Below, piece by piece: positions 1 through 13,773 of a stretch of 64,000 nucleotides of DNA. Location: NCBI RefSeq assembly GCF_018977255.1, contig NW_024704742.1, forward strand, positions 136,712,001 through 136,776,000, written 5' to 3'. Within the stretch, counting starts at the first letter, position 1, and each line of letters begins with the position of its first letter. The DNA is from Callorhinchus milii (Eukaryota). The notes below the pieces were generated by a model. That model was not told the origin of the DNA and searched no databases. It saw only the letters and a list, made by a program, of their open reading frames with translations. The position numbers and the translations under genes were made by a program.

Positions 1-2534
1 CTTCTCATCTGTCAATGACACTGGAGAGGACGTAGTGTATTTTCCCTGCTCTAACATTCTCAGGTCCTATGCTAACAGGTTAATAAAGCTCTGCTGTCCC
101 TGTGTTTGGTGTTATCTGCCGTCTCTCCCCAGCTTTGCATGTCACTGCGATGTTGCCGTGTTGCTCCCCAGAAGCTCTGTTAAAGCCACATCATCTCCTG
201 ATGTCTTCACTCTTTTTAGAAACGTCTGTAACTTTGCCCGAAAGGGACATCATCTTAAAATTAGTGCTCAAGTCATTTAGGAGTGAAATCAGGAAGCATT
301 TTTTTCAAAGTAGCCCTCTGCCTAACCTTCGCCCACACCCATAAGCTAACTCGCCCACAAAATATACAGTCAATTCACTTTACAGTATATTCTGTGAAGC
401 GCTTTGAGACGTCTCGAAGACGTGATAAGGCGCTATATCAAATATAGCAAGGATTATTATTATTAACTCTTCCATTGACAGTTATGAACCCCTGCCCTGA
501 TTACTTGCTCACATAATTCAAACGAGTCACATTTTAGCAGCAATTTCTATCCAGATACGCAATGGATGATTTAAACTTTCGCTGACTATTATAACTTTGT
601 GTATTCCCCACATTTCACCCACAAAAAATACACTTGAAAGTATATCCTGTGAGGCGCTTTGAGACGTCTCAACGTCTCAACGACGCACTGTATCAAATGC
701 AAGGATTATTATTCTAAATTATTTTAGGTGAGGGTGGAGGCGAGAGAGAGAGAGGATGGGTGGAGGCAGAGGGCAAGTGTTCAATGAAGAAGCGTCACGA
801 TTTGAAACCATTTCACAATTCTGTACCGTTTTGTTTGAAGGAGATTCTCGTGGCTTTAAGCCGTTTTCACACTGCTGCAAGCTGCAGTGGGGGGGGGCAG
901 GTGCATGTTTGTAAACAGTAATGCGACTGCATGAAAGAATGCGTCATGTTGGTGCAGCAGCAGCATGTTTGCTGGATGCCCACGTGCCCTTTCCCTGGGG
1001 TCAGACTGTTAAATGTACCCATTTCATTCCTAGCCTCTGGCTCATTCTGTGACTTACTCCAATTGTAAGTGGGTCCTGTACAGGGCAGTGTTGGTAATAG
1101 GGCAACTGCCTCCACACAATATTGCACTAAACTGCTAATTTGCCTTTGTCTTTGCATGTGTCTCTGTGTGGATTTCAGCGGGGGAAAGTGTATTCATTCT
1201 TCTGTGCATTATACAGGAAGGTAGGAGGGAGGAGGCTTGTGGGAGTATAAGCACCGATGGACTAGTTGGGCTAGATGGCCTGTTTCCATGCTATGTATCC
1301 ATAGCCAAAGCCTTTGTGACTGTGGAGTTTTCTTTGCCCAATTTTTACCTCCTGACATCACCTGCTCTCTACACGACCCTGACCTCACTCCCCCTCCAGA
1401 AGTGCCTCTCCATTTTTTTTTGTGTTCCTGATTCCAGAGGGCAGTGCCAGCCTATCTGAGCTCAGATACCACAGCCCAGACAAGAGATTGGACCGGAATC
1501 TGCCTGGTACAGTGCTTTAGCATGAGCAAAAGGAGTTTGAACAACTTGATAATGATAATAATCCTTGCATTTGAAATAGAGCTTTATCACGTCTTCAAGA
1601 CTTCTCAAAGCGCTTCACAGAATATACTGTAATGTGAATTGATTGTATATCCAACTAATCTCAATCCTTCCCAACATCCCAGTATTCCCAGGCCTTGAGC
1701 ACTTGCGCCTCACAGCCTTGCTGGTACCAGCTGGTGAAGAATAGCCTTTTGAAGGAGTTTGTCAGTGTCTGTGAGGCTGACCCCCATTCAGCACACCTCG
1801 GCCCCGCTAGGAAGGGGGTTGGGGTGGGGACTGAAATGATTTTTTTTCTTATTTTGAAAATCTGATTTTCTTCCATTCACTAACATTGAAATGGATGTTA
1901 AAAACTCCGCTTTCAAACACTTCAGTGCAGCTGGAGGAGAGCTGGTAACTATAAATTCTCTAATCTGCCGGACTTGTGTGAGAACAAAAAGCTAGCGTTT
2001 GTGTTAGCCTGACCCGGGCCAGTGTTTATCAGACTCTCAGTGAAGCATTCCCAGTGAATTTTCTCCCAAGTTAGATATTAATGAAATCAGGTGCTGCCCG
2101 ACCTTTGGATTGTTTGAATTATGCTGTTTGCATAAAAACGTTAAATCCTGTCACAAAGAAACACTTCCCCACCCAACCACCCCCTCTTCCATCTCTTTTT
2201 CTTCCTGGGAGAAAAAAAAAACGAGTTGAAAAGTCCACTGACTAACGCAGAGCCATTCAGGTGGTTCCAATAACAGCATAAGTGCCTTTGCAATGAACTG
2301 CTATTTCCCATGAGAACATTTCTTTGTAAAGCGGGTTCCAGTGTTTACCAAAACAGTGAGCCCAACCCGTACGTAGAAATGGCATTAAGGCTTTTTAAGG
2401 TCTTTTAAAGGACAGCGATGCCATTGATCCATTATGCTGAGGAGGTTGCATCAGTGGTTATTACAATGGGATGAATAAGTTGTGGTTAGGATTCAAATGA
2501 TGCTCTGTCTATAGCTTGCAGCTATGCTTTGATA

Positions 2535-2720
2535 TAGGAACATAAGAGTAGGCCATTCAGCCCCTCAAGTCTGTTCCGACATTATGGCTGATCTGAACCT
2601 CAACTCCAGATTCCCACCTTTGCCCCCTATCCCTTGATACCCTTACGTAACAAAAATCTATCCTCCTCAGTCTTGAAAATTTGATACAGCATCCACAAAC
2701 TTTTAGGGGAGAGAGATTTC
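2535..2720 (-). mobile_element. CR1 LINE 3' end fragment
   Basis: 'gaacataagagtaggccattcagcccctcaag...aaaaatctatc' is a typical reverse-strand CR1 3' UTR. Similar pieces occur near 9740, 20003, 21940 and 43080. Confidence 0.7.
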
Positions 2721-2774
2721 ATTCATCAGACATTTGATTATTGTCCCTCTGACTTGCCCCCCCCTTCACCCCAT

Positions 2775-2930
2775 TCCAGCTCATCTCAAGACCTACCTCT
2801 TTGACGTGCTTTCTGTCAACTTTCCCCGCTCCCCTAAGGACCCACCCCCAGCTCTGGTGCCAAACCAGGATTATTAAGCACCTTGGGACGTCCTCCCGAC
2901 ATAAAAGGCGCTGTATAAATGTAATTTTGT
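2775..2930 (+). mobile_element. L2 LINE 3' end
   Basis: 'ctcaagacctacctctttgac' followed by the terminal hairpin 'gggacgtcctcccgacataaaaggcgctgtataaatgtaattttgt'. Confidence 0.75.
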
Positions 2931-3198
2931 ATACAAGTATACAAAAGTAATTTTGTCATTGTTTTATAATTGTTTTGTCCTGCTGAGATTTGAAAGTTGT
3001 TAGAATCTTAGCCTAAAGATAATTGGCTTAAAAATTTAGGATGGTGCCAGATTTGGAGGTAATTTCTCAGTTTGCTCTCAAATTTGGAAAGAATTTTCCT
3101 GTAGTTTATCAAAAAGAAACTGTCCCCAAATTCAAAGTGAACGTAAAAGTTTTCCAAAATTGACCACAATGTTATAATTGTAAGATGTTAATCTAGGC

Positions 3199-3396
3199 CA
3201 GGGTTGTCCAAACTTTTTGGCTGCTGAGGGTCAGATTCCCTATTTGAGAAACATCTGTGGGCCGCATAAGCAATATTTTGGTGTTTCCCTTCCACCAACA
3301 TAAACTAATATTTACGGGTTATAGAGAGCGCGGGTGGGTCAGATGAGAAATGGAGGGAGAGGGCGGTGGTGGGGTTAGGGTATCTGGCCCACCCTG
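3199..3396. mobile_element. hAT/Charlie-type MITE
   Basis: Ends cagggttgtccaaac ... tctggcccaccctg; internal 'tgtgggccgcat'; imperfect 8-bp flanks atctaggc / atctgagg resembling the NTCTAGAN target site. Confidence 0.65.
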
Positions 3397-6300
3397 ATCT
3401 GAGGCCTGAGGAATTTCAGACTTCTGTTATTTTTTTAAAAAACTTGAGTATACGATTGTGGTGTGTTATGCTCACAGCAGCAATCTGCATTGAGCCACTC
3501 CTGGGGAATATGCGTCATTAATCCCTGACATTCCTATGGAAGGATTGGTGGCTGCCACAGCGACTATTCAATTGAGTCAATTACGAAAATTTTAAAGGAA
3601 TTAGATAAACATATGAAGATTAAGGATATTCAAAGGGAATGAGGAAAGAACAAGAGGCGTGGGTTTAGGGAAGGTGGCTCCAGTGGGTGAGCTATCACGG
3701 CATTGGCAAGCTTGGCAAATGACTTAATTCAATGTTTGCAAGAGGGTTTTTAGGGCGAGTGTGAAGAGGGATACTGGGAGAGGTAAGATTTCCAGGATTA
3801 CTCCAAAGATTCAGGTAAAAATAATAATAAGAATTTGGTTACTCAATCCATGAGTGTTTGTGGGACTCTGCTGTGGGCAATTGGCTGCCTCATTTTGCCC
3901 ACAAAGTATAGTCAATTCACTTTACAGTATATTCTATGAAGCACTTTGAGTCATCCTCCCTATGTGAAAGGCGTTGCATAAATGCAAATGAATAATAATA
4001 GTAATCCTTGCATTTGATGCAGCTGATAATACTGTTGAGATATCTCAAACTGCTCCACAGACTATATGGTAAATTGACTATATTTTGCAGCATACTGCAA
4101 ATATCAAATTCTAGTATTAGTATTTTTTACTGGCCATCAAATAGGCATTGATTGGTGTGTTGGGAGCATTCAGGAAAGAGCTACAGAATAGGTTCTGTCA
4201 CTTAACACCTGACACCTCGGAGCGCTAAATCCTGAAAATCTTACCAGTGGAGCTTTGCTACGCTCTCTCCCAGAATCTCTCGACACACCTCTGCTTTCAG
4301 AGGCCTTACATTGGTTGTACATTTGGTCGTGTCTCAATCTTTTTCCCTCCCAATCACACATCTCTGTCCTGATTTTGGAGCACTCTGTGCATGGCTATTG
4401 AAAATAATAGACACTATGTTGGTTCACAGAGGTGAAGTTGTCAACAATAACGCGGCAGGATTGAGAGGGGAACAGGTGATTTCAGCTGGTCTCGCTGGTC
4501 CCTGAGAGCATGGGTCCAGAATAACCAGTCACAGGAAAAAGACAGAAATTGGAAGAAAATGAATCCCTGGAGTAGAGGGTCTGTGCATTAATAGTAATAA
4601 CAAAACTTGCATTTGATATAGCACCCTATCAGGTTGAGACATCTCAAAGCACCGTATAAAGAGAATTGACTGTATATTGTGTGGGCGAAACGTGGCAGCA
4701 ATTGTGCACAGCAGTCAGTGTTCCACTGTCATAATTGAATGACTGATTTATTATTGGCAATGAACTCATTGCAAAAGCTATTGATTCTGGGCTTACAAAA
4801 CTGTTGCGTGTCAAGAGCCATAGGAATTCTCATGGTCTCAAGCTCAAGACTACTTAAAATTCTTCAATCTTAATGTAATCACCGTTTTTCCACTGTTTTT
4901 GAAAAGTTCTGTAACAATAATAATTCTTGCATTTGATTTAGCGCCTTTTCACAACGTTGAGACATTTCTAAGCGCTTCACCGAATATACCTTAAAGTGAA
5001 TTGTCTGTTTGCGAAATGGCCTTTGAAAAAGGCTTCAAAATGGTCCAAATGTAAGAATTTTCCACATTTCTGCTCCATCTTAAATCTTAATTAAGTGAAC
5101 GCAGTCACTGCACTTCACAGTGAAGTCTTGTGAAGTGCTCTGAAATGTCTCCACAAAATGCTAAGGAGCTATATCAAATGCAAGAATAATTATTATTATT
5201 TTAGGGTGAAGGTCTTAAGGTGTTAAGATTAAGAGTGTGAGGACTTAGTGGCCCCTGATCCCTTAGGTATTCATTTAACTGTGATGGATTGCAGAATAAA
5301 ACGTGATGGTGGCAGCCAATGTCACAAGCACAGCAGGCGGAAGGGGATCAGATTCCCTTTCTGGATCAAGTGATCTATGACTTTATGATCTATTACTGCT
5401 TCCTTCATGTCTTCTGTTCACACAGCACATGTTTTGAATACTGTCCATCAATCAAAACCTTTCAGTAGTGCCCTGAGACACTTAAAGCAATTGCTCAAGA
5501 CAATTGTGAGTGCAACATCCATTTCTTGTAATGGGTGAATTGTGCAGGAGATGTTCTGAGGCTGAACACATGAGGGGGTTTTGAGGAGGCATCACATGGT
5601 AAATGGGGGAAAAATAAATCCTTTCTTTGGAGAATAGGTCATCTAATGGTAAGCATAATAATAAATAATAATCCTTGCATTTGATATAGCATCTTATCAT
5701 GTCATTGAGACGTCAATCCCAAAAAATCACTGAATCCAGCTTGTGTATAAAAATAAGTATAAACTGCAAGCTAAGAATCCAGAAGCCAACATCTCCTACC
5801 ACTCCAGAGCTGGGTGTTGGTGGGAAGGCGTGTGGGATAGGGTGGAAGCATTGCAACACACACGCTCAGTGAGCTAAGCAGTCAACAAGCCTCCAAGATT
5901 GATTCTCTCTTTTCATCCTGGGCTGAGATCCACCTAAAGCCAGAATGGTGTACGGTGGGAGACAGGAATTCTTTCCACCTCTGTACGCTGCTCCAAACCA
6001 ATGGCTTAGGAATAACTGACACAGTACTATGTTGGGATATAGTTGGGTCTGTTGTCTGTTCAGTTACGTCAGATATGGAGGTCGGGTGGAAAGGATCCTG
6101 ACGTGTGACTTGAGACGCCGTTGTTTGTATTGCTAATTCCCCTATTAAACTCCTGCTCCTCCCTTGCTCAGTGTGGCATTTGGCCTGCTCCATAAGATGT
6201 TCTGGAGATGATCGAATCATTGAAAAATGCCAGATTTGGCAGCTGCGTTTCTCCCAAGTGGCAGCAAAGTATTTCATACACAGACGAGAGATAGGAGCCA

Positions 6301-6725
6301 GGCTGTGCTGTGCTCTGTGCTGCGTAAATTACAGTTTTGACACGAAGCCCAAGTTTAGCAGACGGCGCGCTCTAGATGTACTTAGAGCTTCAAGTGGGCA
6401 TCGGGTGAAATATCAGCCCTCCTCAGTCCGACCTGTTAAAGGGGATGTACACTCCACCCAACTCTCACCAGATCCTGAGTGTTGGAGAAGGAGCTGCCTG
6501 TGAATTTATCAACATGACATTAAATTAAAAGAGGGAGAGGGAGCGAATGGAAGAGGTTTGGATGAAGAAGGTCTTCAGGCCCACTTGATCTCATCCTTCC
6601 AAAATACCCACCCTCCTGTATTCCCATTGCATCATCGGCTGTTTCTTAAGTGAGTCGCGGTGTGCCGACCTCTATCACTCTTCCTAAACCACATTGTGGA
6701 TTCTTTTCTGTTTGAAGAAATGTAC

Positions 6726-7095
6726 TAATAATAATCCATGCTTTTGATATAGCGCCTTATCACGTCGTTGAGACGTCTCAAAGCGCTTCACAGAATATAC
6801 TGTAAAATTAATTAACTGTATATTTTGTGGGAGAAATGCAGTAGCCAAAAGCGCACAGCAGTCATGGAGTGAGTGACCAAATTACTATTTATTTATTTAT
6901 TTATTTATTGAAGAGATTATTACCCTCCAAGTGACCACCCGGCAATCAACTAACAGCCCAGTTCCTACTGACTGCTTCGTAAATAGGCGTGTGGAGTAAG
7001 GAAACTATCCTCAGCTTTTGCCCTGTCCCAGGAATCAAACTCGGGTCCTCTTGCATGGGAGATGAGTGCTCCAATCAATAAGCTACAGGACTCCA
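6726..7095 (-). mobile_element. tRNA-Ala-derived SINE, long subfamily A
   Basis: Full head, middle, Deu-like 3' half and (ATT)n tail on the reverse strand; aligns by eye with 15963-16330. Confidence 0.9.
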
Positions 7096-7669
7096 CAAAC
7101 TTGCCTTTCACTGTGCTAAACCTTGTACTGTTGCCTTGGCTAAATGGAAGTATTGTTCTGGGTTTACTTTCTCAATCCTATTTAGGATCAAGTAGCTCAA
7201 AAAAGGTACATGATACTAAACGATCAGCCTTCTGGTCTGTAACTCTGTCTGTCCAGGGCCTTGGGATGACCTCCCAACGTGAAAGGCGCTATACAAATGT
7301 AATTTTGTTGTTGTTGTTGTTCTGAGATGCCTCTTCAAGGCTGTAGAATCCTAGCTTATCTAACTGTTCCTCATTGGTCTAACACTGAGATCAGTTTGGC
7401 TCCTTCCTCTCTGCGTTGCCTCTGAAGCCTATCATCTTCTCACTAAGTCCAGTGCTTTTCATGGTAACTTGTTCCTACTGTTGATGGAAAGAAGTACTTT
7501 ACTTTCTGGTCACTCACTCCAACACTGATGTGTTCATACCTTAACTCTCTTTCCACCCTCACATCCAGTCCCTGTCCAATACCAATTTTCCACATCTTCA
7601 CCACATCCCTGCCCTCAATGCTTTCGCCCCGTGCTGCCTTTTTATTGAAGGCGTAGAGAGTAAATGGAT

Positions 7670-8065
7670 TCCCAGTGCCCTCTGCTACCTAACCAAAATG
7701 GCCACTCACTTGTCCTTAGCAGCAGGCTGTTTGTCTTGGGAGGTAGGAGTTGTGACAACTACATTTATTCTTATCTCCAACCCAACATCTGCCTTTATAT
7801 CTCCAACAAGGTGTCTCAACAACAACTTACACCCTTATATAGCACCCTTCACGCAGGTAGCATCTCGGAGTGCTTAAATGATAATGATAATAGATAGTGA
7901 TAGGAAGTTGAATGCCCTTTGGGCATTAATAATTATTAATAATAATGATAAAGCGCTATATCAAATGCAAGGATTATTATTATTATTATCGTGAAAAGCC
8001 CTATGTAAATGTAATTTTGTTGTTGTAGTACCCCTGATGGCACCCAGCTAAGATCAATAAATTCC
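7670..8065 (-). mobile_element. Decayed ancient SINE (unassigned family with core CTGAGTTAGCTGATCTCAGC), interrupted by SINE/L2 tails
   Basis: 'cagctaagatcaataa' near 8046 resembles the reverse complement of the core at 19828-19853; the 3' part resembles 32665-32740. Confidence 0.4.
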
Positions 8066-9830
8066 CCTGTACATTTTACGAGCCTTTATATTAAAGGCAG
8101 CATCATCTTCCATTGCTATATACCAGCCAGCTTTGGTGTTTTTCCTCTCGTGCTGCCCCATCCGCAGTGTGAAGGCTGATCTCCCTCTCTCAGAATGTTT
8201 ACCCCATTGGCTTGAGTTTCCTGCAGTCTATTTCCAGCCTACATGTCTTGTGTAAATTGCAATTTTCCACCACCCGTCTGTCTTCTGTTCCATTCCGACA
8301 GTAAATAATAATCCTCGCGCCCTCGCACTCTCTTGATAACAGCTGAAAGTGTTTCAGATATAATTGCTGTTAAGTGTAGTGACCTTGCCTTTGTGGACAA
8401 TGCATTGCACTGGAGTGCCAGCCTACACTTTGAGCTTAAAGTCTACTTGAACCCGCAACTTTCTGACCCAAAGGTGAATTCTGACATGCCATGGAGGGAC
8501 GTGGTCACTAATTCTCCAGGTGCCTGAATGTGGAAGTCACTGCTGGCAGCTGTGGTTGAAGTAAATAGCTTCAGTGCTATTTGTTTCAACTAAAAAAACT
8601 TCAACTAAAAAAAAATAATTTGGTCAACCAATCCACTGCTGTGGGAAACTGCTGTGAGCAATTTGCTGCCGTAGTTCACCCACAAAATACACAGTCACTC
8701 CACTTTACAGTATAGTTGTGAAGCCTTTTCAGATGTTTCAAAAGTACGTGGTAAGAAACTATATCAAACGTAAGGGTTATTATTATTATTATTAGACACC
8801 CACAAGTGTTTCTTTACATAGAGGGGAATCCACAGCTGAACAGAGATACCAGCACAGGTGGTAGAGGCTTGGATGCCAGACTCTTTAAGAAATAAAGGCA
8901 TGATGCTTTAGTGGGAATCCCTTGCTCTTTTCCTGTATTTCTCTTCGAATATCTGCCCATTTCTCCTCTTAAATGTTAGACATATAGTGATTTGTGGCAG
9001 TACCCTTTAACAAATAGCAGGAATTTGAAATCTGAAAGAATTTTCCATGCTCTTTCTCTCTACCACGCTCATCCCAAATCCCAACTTTCATTCCATTATT
9101 GGCAGCTCCGCTCTCGCGTACTGCCAGTTCGAACTCATAATCCTCACGTCTCAATTCCATCCCCTCTCTCTCTCTCTCTCTCTCTCTCACTTGTGCCTCT
9201 TTTCCAAAGCGGTCTTCTGTTCTGTTGTTATTGTTCCTAAGATTGGTTCAGCACTATTCTTGGCTCAGTAAAGGGAAAACCAAAGATTGGCTTAGGTTTT
9301 GGTTACCCATTACGAACACGGGCCTCAATGTTTTATAGACTTCAGTATGAAGGGCCACCTTCATATCAATAAGGACAACCTCTATAGAAAAGAAAAAAAT
9401 ATGTAACGTATATTTGTTATGGTTCTGGATTCAACCCTACATTAGGATTTGAGCTCACAGTCTAAAATGTCCAGTGAAGTTTTGGTCCCGCTTGCCTGGT
9501 CAGGTGGATGTTAAATATCCCATAACAGTATGGGAAAAGAGAAAAGAGTTTCTTCTGGTGTCCAGGCATACAATACAATACAATACTCCATATTTATTTC
9601 ATGGCTGAAATCCTGTTGTGTGCAAATTGGCTGCTGTGTTCACCTACAAAAATACTATTGCTACAGTTGACATTAATTCAGTAAATAATAAATAGACAAT
9701 AAACAAAGAGTGGATTAAAGTAGTGTTGAACTAGCCTAGAATCGTAGAATTTTACAGCACAAAAGGAAGCCATTCGGCCCATCGTATCTGTGTCGGCTCG
9801 CTGACAGAGCTATCCATTTAAATATAATGG

Positions 9831-10159
9831 TAATAATCCTTGCATTTGATATAGCATCTAATCACATCATCGAGACGTCTCAAAGTGCTTCACAAAGTGA
9901 ATTGACTGTATGTTTTGTGGGAGAAACGCAGCAGCCAATGGCACACAGCCTAAACAGTCAAGTGAACAATTTTTTTTAAGAGATTATTACCCCCAGAAAG
10001 CGATCCACCAATCGACTAACAATCGTGTTTCTACTCACTGCTAGGTAAACAGCATTGCGGATTAAGGAAACTTGGCTTAGGTTTCGCTCTGTCCAAGAAT
10101 CAAACCTGGGTCCTCTTGTTTGCCAAACAAATGCTCTAACCAATATTATACAGGCTCCA
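9831..10159 (-). mobile_element. SINE subfamily A
   Basis: Tail hairpin, middle domain and tRNA head on the reverse strand. Confidence 0.85.
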
Positions 10160-11030
10160 CAAATTTAGCTCCATTCTCCCTGCCCTTTCTACTCTCCTTT
10201 GCCCACCCTTTGCATCTACTGCAAGGACCACCTCCAGTTAACGTTGGGTGTGAGGAAGGTAGAATGGGCACTGTGTTTAAACAATCACTCACACCAGTTG
10301 TGTCACTTTGCTGACGCACACAACCACAGCGGTTTTACAGTAAACTTCTACATGTGTTTGATTCCTAAAAGCAAACAGACTTTATGAAAAAGGAGGTCTT
10401 AATCTTTGGACCAAACGACCTTGAGGAGATCTGTGAGAACGCTGAATTTTGTTCCAGCCTCAAACCACACTTTATATGTTTTCCATGAAACTCTATCGAC
10501 TCCAGTGTACAGTGTTTTAATGGGGCTGGGTTTGCGGGTTGGCTGGCACGGCTTGTCAGGCCTATTCACAGAGATCTTTCCACTCATTAGGGGTGTGGGC
10601 GAACGGAATATTCCATGTTTTGTATCAAGTTGTGGCTCAGCCCCGGGGTTTGGTGTCACATGCAGCTCAGGGATTACTGACCCCAAACCTGATCCAGAAC
10701 GTATGAAAAACACCTTATTCCTTGCTTCTCTCTGAGCAAACAGATAGAGGGTGATGGATGCAGTGAAGTTGTTTGAGGATGATGCCAGAGGTGAGAGGTT
10801 GTATCTTTGTGCAGAGACTTGTAGTGAAGTGGGGGCTTTTCACTGGAACAGAAACTGTTAAGAATAGATCTAGTAGAGGAGAGCTAAGCAGAGTTTCTTT
10901 GATACAGCAGGCTTTCAATAACCTAGCTACAACAGTGGTTGGAGCAGAATCCATTTTAGCTTTTAAGAGAGATTTAGCTAAATATCTGAAAAGGAGGATT
11001 GAGGAAACAGTAGGTGAATGGGACTGAATG

Positions 11031-11312
11031 GATAATGATAATTTTGCATAGCACCTTATCACATCATTGAGACATCTCAATGCGCTTCACAGAGTATATT
11101 GTAAAATTAGTTGACTGTATATTTTGTGGGCGAAACACTGCAGCCAATTGCACACAGCAGTGTCCCACAAACATTCGTGGATTGAGTGACCATTTTTAAA
11201 AAAATTAATTTGAAGGGATTATTATTCCAGGAAAACGATTCATCAATCGTCTAACAACCGGGTTCCTACTTACTGCTAGGTTGAACAGAGGCGTGTGGAG
11301 TAAGGAAACTTG
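11031..11312 (-). mobile_element. SINE subfamily A, 5'-truncated, abutting a CR1 3' end (~10900-11030, +)
   Basis: Matches the 3' three quarters of other copies. Confidence 0.8.
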
Positions 11313-13517
11313 TGATGTGATGAGGCTCTATATGAAATGCAAGGATTATTATAAAGCAGGGTCCAGTTATATGGGCTTGAAGCATTATAATGAGGTCGCC
11401 TAGTGTATTCAGCATGTGAGTTATCAGGGCACTACTTCTGTGCCCCCTAGTTTAGTAAAGGGGGAATCAGCCAGGATGTGGGCTGTTTTCTTTTGCCAGC
11501 TTTACTGAATCTGTGGCACCTTTTGTTTTTGAGGTGAACATAGCACCTGAACTCATCACAAAGATTTTCTAGCCAGCGTCAAACAGCACCTCGTCTGTAG
11601 TTAGACTCCTCTGATAATCTCTCTTCCATCACCCAGCATGTCTTGATTGCATCCGCTCTTGGTTCTTTGCAACAGACAGGAAATTGGGATGGGGTGGGGG
11701 GTAGAGATGTGAGAAACTGAAATTACCCACTGGTACGTTCTTGTTCTGTTCAATAGGAAGTGGTTTTAACGACTGTACTATTACCAGTCATTATAATGTA
11801 ATTATCATAGTTGTTAAGGGGTAATAATCCCTTTAAAAAATATATGGTCACTCAATCCACGACTGCTTGTGGGACAATGCTGTGCGCAATTCGTTTTGCC
11901 CACAAAATATACAGTCAATTAACTTCACAGTACATCTGTGCAGAGCTTTGAGACGTCTCAATGACGTGATAAGGTGCTATATCAAATGCAAGGACTATTA
12001 TTAGCAGTATTAGTCGTAGTTGTCCAGCTGACACTCCAGCACAGTGCTAGGGTAGCTCTGCATTGTGACAGGTGCCTCCTTTTGATTGAGATCATGACAG
12101 GAAAGATGGTTTCTTTCTTTTCTTGCTCAGTACAACAACAACTTGCATTTAAGTACGATAAAGTTTTAATAATAATAATAATAATCCTTGCATTTGCTGT
12201 AGCGGTTTTCACGTCTTCTAGACGTCTCAAAGCGCTTCACAGAATATACTGTAAAGTCAATTGACTATTATTTTTATTTGTCTTGGAGAGCTTTACTGAG
12301 CAGAGCTGATGGGGAGAAAGGATGACCCTAGGATGCATCACAGGGATATAGAATTCAGGTGGCTGGGGCTGGAGAGGGCTCAGCTCCCTCCGGATCTATC
12401 TGTCAAAAGCTCAGCTCTTTAAAGGGGGGCAGTGATAGTTGGCTACCTCCACTTTCTCCCTGCTCCTCCTCCTCACGGTGCAGCTTCAAAGTTGGCCGTC
12501 CTACCCTCCTCACTCTGGTGGACCTTGTAGTTGGCGTGTTGATGGAATGGCTGGGCGGCCATCTTTGAAGCTGGCAAGGAACCTGCATGATAAGGTGGAT
12601 GAAGCCATATTTGATGCTGGCGCCTAGGCGTCAGACCTTCGAGAGAGAATCGTGGCTTTGATTCTTTCCCTTTTCTAGCTCAGGGATGTAAGCTGGAACA
12701 GAGATGATGGGGGTGGGGCATGTGGGAGAAAGTTCTAGAGGATAGAATTCATAGATGTACAATTTGATATAACCTCCCACCATTCCTCACAAGCTGTTCT
12801 CCCCACCACACCGCCTCCGTCACTAGTCTATCTCGTCTCTAACAGCCTCTGCTGCAGTTAGTAATTGTGCACTTGGTCTAACTTTACATCTGAAACCGTT
12901 GCTGTTGTTAGGTCAGGAATCGCATCGTGACTCGCTTCTCTTTCCAACTCGACTCTGCAAAAATAATAAGAATTTGGTCACTCACTCAATTTGCGGGACA
13001 CTGCTGTGCACAATTGTCTGCCGTATTTCACCCACAGTGTGCACTGCGCTTTGCATTGTATCCTGTGAAGCGCTTTGAGATGTCTTGAGGACGTAATAAG
13101 CTGCTGTATCAAATGGAAGGATTACTATTATTATTATTATAGACTTTCTGATTACCCAACCTTGGTCCAGAAATGCGAGTTACTCAAGAGACAGTTAGTG
13201 TAGGCAGAAACACACCAGGGCGGGAGACGAGCCAAGCCAAACTGAACCCAATCTTTCAGAGGAAAAAAATTCTCCTGAGTGGCTAATATTTCTGACTGTT
13301 TTTATCACGGAGGCTTATGTTTATTTTGTGTGTTTTTTTAAAAAGCTTTAATTTAATCAGAAGTCACCAATGAATCACTGTTAACTATTTCTGCTCCTTC
13401 CCACCCGCCCAACCCCCATTGCCTTTTACTGTACTGTAACATTCAGTGGTTTGCCCTCAACGTCCCTGGGCTAGAAAGGGGAAGAATCCAAGCCACGATT
13501 CTCACTCTGGATCACAT

Positions 13518-13773
13518 TGGAGTCCTGGAGCTCAGTGGTTAGAGCAATTGTCACGCAAGCGAGAGCCCTGGGTTTAATTCCGGGCAGGGCGAAATATTAG
13601 ACAAATCTCCTTACTCCATACGCCTGTTTACTTAGCAGTAAGTAGGAACCCGGTTTTTAGTCGATTGGCTCACAAAATATACAGTCAATCCACATTGCAA
13701 TATAATCTGTGAAGCGCTTTGAGACGTCTCAACAAAGTGACAAGGTGCTATATTAAATGCAAGATTATTATTA
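13518..13773 (+). mobile_element. SINE subfamily A with internal deletion
   Basis: Head 'tggagtcctggagctcagtggttagagc' and tail 'aaatgcaagattattatta'; jumps from 'gtcgattggct' directly to 'cacaaaatatac'. Confidence 0.85.

Noticed and set aside
10399..11080. Cluster of 100-120 aa ORFs and a faint inverted repeat at ~10424-10581
   Set aside because: No recognisable protein and partly CR1/SINE sequence; the palindrome is too degenerate to call.
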